From NCBI GenBank assembly GCA_964642615.1, contig CAZXSW010000004.1, positions 2,210-66,209 on the forward strand: a DNA stretch of 64,000 nucleotides. The letters run 5' to 3'. The DNA is from an uncultured Rikenellaceae bacterium (GTDB taxonomy: Bacteria > Bacteroidota > Bacteroidia > Bacteroidales > VadinHA17). The notes under the pieces were generated by a model, which saw nothing but the letters and a program-made list of their open reading frames with translations, was not told the DNA's origin and ran no database searches. Numbering within the stretch: position 1 is the stretch's first letter; the number at the start of each line of letters is the position of its first letter. Both the position numbers and the translations under genes were made by a program. Positions 59,541 to 64,000 of the stretch are shown here, in pieces.

Positions 59541-60671
59541 ATGGCAACCCGGGAACATCTTTTCCTCCTGATCACTTTCGTAGTTTTCGGACTTACTTTT
59601 GCTGTTCAGTCATTTTACTATCTTTATTTCTATCTGACTCTCCTTAAAATAAGACCAGCCGCAGACCGGGTTAAAAATGAGCCCGTCTCAGTTATCATAT
59701 GTGCAAGGAACGAAGAAGAGAACCTCAGGGCCTTTCTTCCTTCGGTACTCACCCAGAACTATCCTGCATATGAAGTAATTGTAGTTAACGACTGTTCAGA
59801 AGACAATACCTTCGAGGTCCTGGGTAATCTTTTACCTGAATATCCTCATCTGAGGGTATCAACGGTTCAGAAGGATCCCAAGTTCACCCATAACAAGAAA
59901 TTCGCCCAGTTTATAGGAATAAAAGCTGCCTCAAACGAATACCTGTTGTTTACTGATGCCGACTGCCACCCGGTGTCACCCGACTGGATAGGCGGGATGG
60001 TCTCACATTTCACCGAAAACACCGATTTTGTACTTGGCTACGGAGGATTCTTCAGAGAGAAAGGATTGTTTAACCGTTACATAAGGTACGACTCCATGAC
60101 CATTGCCATGCAATACCTGGGGATGGCGATAAGGGGCCTGCCCTATATGGGTGTGGGCCGGAACCTGGCATACAAAAAATCAGTTTTTTTCAGAAACAGG
60201 GGATTCAGCTCACATAACTACGTGATATCCGGTGATGACGATCTTTTCGTTAATGCCAATGCCACAGGCAGTAATACTGCCGTGGAATACAACCATCCGT
60301 CACATACCAGATCGGTTCCTGCGTCAGGATTCCGTCAGTGGTTCCGTCAGAAACGCCGTCATCTCACTACTGCAAAATACTACAAACCCAGGCATAAGAT
60401 CCTGCTTATGGCTGAACCTGCTTCACGTATTATCTTCTATCTTTCCTTTGCTGTCCTGTTAAGCAGACTCTTTCTCTGGCAGACTGTTGCAGCTTTATTT
60501 CTTTTAAGAATGATTATCCAGATCACGGTTCTGGCAATCACATCACGAAGACTTAATGAAAAAGGACTTATAGCTATTTCGCTTATTTTTGATATCTTTT
60601 CACCCTTGTTGAACGGATCAGTGTATCTGGCAAATATTCTTAACAAGTCAGGGCAGGATAAATGGAAGTAA
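59541..60671 (+). CDS. GT2 glycosyltransferase (membrane)
   Basis: VSVIICARNE, VNDCSED, LFTDAD, SGDDDLF, QKRRH; N- and C-terminal TMs. Confidence 0.92.
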   Translation: MATREHLFLLITFVVFGLTFAVQSFYYLYFYLTLLKIRPAADRVKNEPVSVIICARNEEENLRAFLPSVLTQNYPAYEVIVVNDCSEDNTFEVLGNLLPEYPHLRVSTVQKDPKFTHNKKFAQFIGIKAASNEYLLFTDADCHPVSPDWIGGMVSHFTENTDFVLGYGGFFREKGLFNRYIRYDSMTIAMQYLGMAIRGLPYMGVGRNLAYKKSVFFRNRGFSSHNYVISGDDDLFVNANATGSNTAVEYNHPSHTRSVPASGFRQWFRQKRRHLTTAKYYKPRHKILLMAEPASRIIFYLSFAVLLSRLFLWQTVAALFLLRMIIQITVLAITSRRLNEKGLIAISLIFDIFSPLLNGSVYLANILNKSGQDKWK

Positions 60672-61258
60672 CAAACGGACTATCTGAAAAAGCCAGGAAT
60701 GATCTCATCCTTGTGCATAAGGCACGGGAGGGAAACGAAAAGGCTTTTGCCAGCCTGATGAACAGGTACCGCGATTCAATCTATTTCATGCTTCTTAAAA
60801 TGGTTAATAACTCCGCCGATGCCGAGGATCTTACAATCGAAGCATTCGGAAAGGCTTTCAGGAACCTTGAATCCTTTACTCCGGATTATGCATTCAGCAC
60901 CTGGCTCTTTAAGATAGCTACAAATAACTGTATCGACTTTATCCGGAAGAAACAGGTGTCGCCTGCCCTTCTTGATCAGTACCAGGATGATATTGACAAT
61001 CTGACAGTCAACATCCAGTCCGACCTTCCCGACCCTGAAGAAGCCCTTATCAACGACCAGAAGATTGCCGTGCTCCGTGAAATTGTCAACCAGCTCAAAC
61101 CGGGATACAGGGCACTTATTGAACTCAGATACTTCAAAGAATACTCGTACGAAGAGATATCCTCGGAGCTTAATCTCCCCATTGGCACTGTCAAGGCTCA
61201 GCTTTATCGTGCAAAATCGCTGTTATACAACATCTTCGTCAAATCAGGCAACAGATAA
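60662..61258 (+). CDS. ECF RNA polymerase sigma factor
   Basis: DAEDLTIEAFGKAF, FSTWLFKIATNNCID, LPIGTVKAQLYRAK. Confidence 0.94.
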   Translation: MEVTNGLSEKARNDLILVHKAREGNEKAFASLMNRYRDSIYFMLLKMVNNSADAEDLTIEAFGKAFRNLESFTPDYAFSTWLFKIATNNCIDFIRKKQVSPALLDQYQDDIDNLTVNIQSDLPDPEEALINDQKIAVLREIVNQLKPGYRALIELRYFKEYSYEEISSELNLPIGTVKAQLYRAKSLLYNIFVKSGNR

Positions 61259-61881
61259 TGCAGGAATCAATTTCCCGGTACTTCCCCTTGCTTTCCGACA
61301 CCCAGATCTCGCAATTCTCAGCGCTTTATGAACTGTATGAAGTATGGAACAGCAGGATTAACGTTATTTCCAGAAAGGATATGGATAATTTCCAGATCCA
61401 TCACGTTCTTCATTCACTGGCCATTGCAAAGATCATCAACTTTGTCCCCGGCACCCGCGTACTTGATGCCGGCACCGGGGGCGGATTTCCCGGCATCCCT
61501 CTTGCTATTCTTTTCCCCGGAACTGAATTTACCCTCCTCGACTCTATTGGGAAAAAAATAATGGTTGTCGAAGCTGTTTGCAGGGAATTAAAACTTGAAA
61601 ATGTGTTGCCGGTAAAGAAGCGGGTCGAAGAGGAAAAAGGAAGCTACGACTTTGTGACAAGCCGTGCAGTTACCTCCTTTCCTGAATTTGTCAGACTTAC
61701 TGAAAGCAGAATCGGGAAACCATGCAGAAACGTTATCCCCAACGGGATCCTGTATCTTAAGGGCGGAGATGTATCAGACGACGCCGCTTTCTTCGGGAAA
61801 AGGCTTGAAATATGGGATATAAGCGATTTCTTCAGCGAACCTTTCTTCGCCACAAAGAAGATTCTGTATCTGCCTGTTTGA
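61258..61881 (+). CDS. rsmG: 16S rRNA (G527) N7-methyltransferase
   Basis: WNSRINVIS, HVLHSLA, DAGTGGGFPGIPLAI, VTSRAV, LYLKGGD. Confidence 0.96.
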   Translation: MQESISRYFPLLSDTQISQFSALYELYEVWNSRINVISRKDMDNFQIHHVLHSLAIAKIINFVPGTRVLDAGTGGGFPGIPLAILFPGTEFTLLDSIGKKIMVVEAVCRELKLENVLPVKKRVEEEKGSYDFVTSRAVTSFPEFVRLTESRIGKPCRNVIPNGILYLKGGDVSDDAAFFGKRLEIWDISDFFSEPFFATKKILYLPV

Positions 61882-61929
61882 TTTTATTAAAAAAAAACCT
61901 GCTGCTTATTTTTATTTAAAAAAAGATTC

Positions 61930-61937
61930 TATCTTTG
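61930..61937 (+). promoter_or_regulatory. -7 promoter element of rpmH
   Basis: TATCTTTG. Confidence 0.65.
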
Positions 61938-61979
61938 CGATCTCAAATAAAAGAGTACTGATATTTAATATTTCTGATT

Positions 61980-62135
61980 ATGAAAAGGACATTTCAGCCA
62001 TCAAGAAGGAAGAGAGCAAATAAGCATGGATTCAGAGAAAGAATGTCCACCCCTAATGGAAGAAGGGTACTGGCTGCCCGCAGGGCCAAAGGGAGGAAGA
62101 AACTTACAGTTTCTTCTGAGCTTAAGTTGAAATGA
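61980..62135 (+). CDS. rpmH: 50S ribosomal protein L34; absent from ORF track
   Basis: [51 protein letters not shown]. Confidence 0.98.
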   Translation: MKRTFQPSRRKRANKHGFRERMSTPNGRRVLAARRAKGRKKLTVSSELKLK

Positions 62136-62163
62136 CATTACCTTGACTTAAATCTAATACAGG

Positions 62164-62192
62164 AGGTGCTCATTAATATGAGCGCCTTTTTT
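62164..62192 (+). terminator. Intrinsic terminator of rpmH
   Basis: AGGTGCTCAT/ATGAGCGCCT stem plus U tract. Confidence 0.8.
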
Positions 62193-62236
62193 ATTTATAG
62201 TTAACATTATTCTTAACTTTGCCTGTCGTAAAAATC

Positions 62237-63340
62237 ATGACTGAATTACTGCAACACATAGAGGGCCGCGAGTTAAGGGATATTGCCTTAAAAGTATATG
62301 ATGGCAAAAGAATAAACAGGGAAGAAGGAATGGCCCTTTATACACGGGCCGGGTTACCCCTGCTGGGTCTTCTTGCAGGCTTCATAAGAGAAAGGAAGAA
62401 CGGCAGGTCTGCTTTTTTTAACCGTAACTTCCATATCGAACCAACCAACAGGTGTATTTACAACTGCAGATTCTGTTCCTACCATAAAGATGCCAATGAT
62501 CCTGAAAGCTGGGAGTTCAATCCGGAAGAGATACTCGGAATAGTAAGGCGCTTCGACGGAAAACCTGTTACCGAAGTTCATATTGTCGGGGCCGTTCATC
62601 CATCACACGATCTGCATTATTACGGCCGCATATTAAAAATGATAAAGGAACACCGTCCCGGCCTCCATATCAAGGCCTTCTCAGCCGTTGAACTCGATTA
62701 TATGATAAGAATTGCGGGAATACCTTTTGATGAGGGACTCAGGATACTGAAGGGTTATGGGCTCGACTCCATTCCCGGTGGCGGCGCGGAGATCTTTGAT
62801 GAAGAAATACGAATCAGGATCTGTCCCGAAAAAACAAGCTCCCGGTTATGGCTCGAAATTCATGAAACAGCTCACCTTAACGGTATACCTTCGAATGCCA
62901 CCATGCTCTACGGTCACATGGAAAACTACTCACACCGGATTGACCATATGGAAAGAATAAGGTCTCTTCAGGACAAAACCGCGGGGTTCAATGCTTTCAT
63001 CCCGCTCAAATACAGGAAGAAGAATAACCCAATGTCGGAACTGGGTGAAGTAAGCATAATCGAAGATCTCAGAAATTATGCAGTCGCCAGAATCTTTCTC
63101 GACAATATACCACATATAAAGGCTTACTGGCCCATGACAGGCAAGACAGTGGCCCAGATAGCCCTCTCTTTCGGAGCCGACGACATGGACGGAACAATAG
63201 ATGACACAACAAAGATATACTCGATGGCCGGGGCCAGTGATGAGAACCCGGCAATGTCGACAGGGGAAATAAGCAGGCTTATAAGCGATGCCGGATATAT
63301 TCCGGTGGAACGTGACTCCCTGTACAATCCTGTCAGATAA
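62237..63340 (+). CDS. mqnE: Aminofutalosine synthase MqnE (CofH/MqnC-like radical SAM)
   Basis: TNRCIYNCRFC (CxxxCxxC), EVHIVG, SIPGGGAEIF, NATMLYGH, HIKAYW, GADDMDGT; TAACTTTG at 62214-62221 supports start 62237. Confidence 0.82.
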   Translation: MTELLQHIEGRELRDIALKVYDGKRINREEGMALYTRAGLPLLGLLAGFIRERKNGRSAFFNRNFHIEPTNRCIYNCRFCSYHKDANDPESWEFNPEEILGIVRRFDGKPVTEVHIVGAVHPSHDLHYYGRILKMIKEHRPGLHIKAFSAVELDYMIRIAGIPFDEGLRILKGYGLDSIPGGGAEIFDEEIRIRICPEKTSSRLWLEIHETAHLNGIPSNATMLYGHMENYSHRIDHMERIRSLQDKTAGFNAFIPLKYRKKNNPMSELGEVSIIEDLRNYAVARIFLDNIPHIKAYWPMTGKTVAQIALSFGADDMDGTIDDTTKIYSMAGASDENPAMSTGEISRLISDAGYIPVERDSLYNPVR

Positions 63341-63384
63341 TAATTTTATCCTTACATTTGCGTTAGTATAACATATGTAGCCAG

Positions 63385-64000
63385 ATGAGCCTAAAAAATT
63401 TTATTTTCAGCAAAGCATTTATAAGGAATCTTGGACTGGCATTTGCCATTATTGTGGGGATTGCCATGCTTCTCATTATATGGCTCAATATTTACACACG
63501 TCACGGCCAGTCAAGAAGTGTACCCGACTTCTCAGGAATGGATATTGAGGAGGCAGCTCTTACCGCCAGAAAGAACAAGCTTAAGTACTTAATCACTGAT
63601 TCGGTATATACAAGCATTGTTGGGCCGGGTTGCGTGGCTGAACAGCATCCGCTGGCAGGTCTTAAGGTAAAAAAATGGAGGACCATAGCTCTAACCGTTA
63701 ATGCCTTCAACCCTGAGATGGTTGAGATGCCCGACCTTGTTGAATTACCAAAAAGACAGGCCCTGGCCCTTATCGGAAGTTCAGGAATGGAAACTGGTTC
63801 GCTCAGATATATCTCAGACATATCAGTCGATGTTGTACTCCAGCAGTTACATAACGGCAAAGAGGTATCGGCCGGTGAGTTACTTCAGCGGGGCTCGGTC
63901 ATTGATCTTGTCCTGGGGAAAGGCCTCAGCAACCAAAGGACAGTGGTCCCCAACCTTGTCGGACTAAACCTCGAACCTGCAAGAAACAATATCTTTTCAG
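63385..64000 (+). CDS. PASTA domain-containing membrane protein, truncated by the window edge; absent from ORF track
   Basis: MSLKNFIFSK...TM...YTRHGQSRSVPDFSGM...VAEQHPLAG...MPDLV...VPNLVGL (PASTA repeats). Confidence 0.88.
   Translation, partial: MSLKNFIFSKAFIRNLGLAFAIIVGIAMLLIIWLNIYTRHGQSRSVPDFSGMDIEEAALTARKNKLKYLITDSVYTSIVGPGCVAEQHPLAGLKVKKWRTIALTVNAFNPEMVEMPDLVELPKRQALALIGSSGMETGSLRYISDISVDVVLQQLHNGKEVSAGELLQRGSVIDLVLGKGLSNQRTVVPNLVGLNLEPARNNIFS

Noticed and set aside
59476-61979. Replication origin near rsmG/rpmH (TGTTGATAA at ~59476; AT-rich 61882-61979)
   Set aside because: Only one mismatched DnaA-like box, no cluster, and no dnaA in the window.

Overview
64 kb of core chromosome from a Bacteroidota (Bacteroidales-like) bacterium. 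Support for this call: TAnnTTTG -7 promoters, A-rich starts without Shine-Dalgarno, MurF-Alr fusion, GldB, DUF1573 and GWxTD proteins. About 60 mostly housekeeping or envelope genes are present (recA, uvrA, dnaB, smpB, miaA, tgt, rlmB, rsmI, rsmG, nadE, ispE, tdk, lpdA, a Zn/Mn ABC transporter, mqnE, three ECF sigma factors, one two-component system). Four real genes are absent from the ORF track: a 2[4Fe-4S] ferredoxin, rpmH and two edge-truncated genes. I saw no transposase, integrase, phage gene, CRISPR array, rRNA or tRNA. The most unexpected signal is non-coding: a dispersed 60-100 nt imperfect-palindrome element in four copies (30724-30823, 41463-41564, 41614-41678, 52461-52544). Two copies match at 87 of 100 aligned positions and end exactly at the ATG of two unrelated genes, a sensor kinase and gldB. 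Other readable regulatory signals are matching divergent ECF-type promoters around a DUF6249/sigma/anti-sigma module and an 11-bp-period GTTAA triple repeat beside the two-component system. All calls come from motif recognition and manual alignment; no database searches were run.
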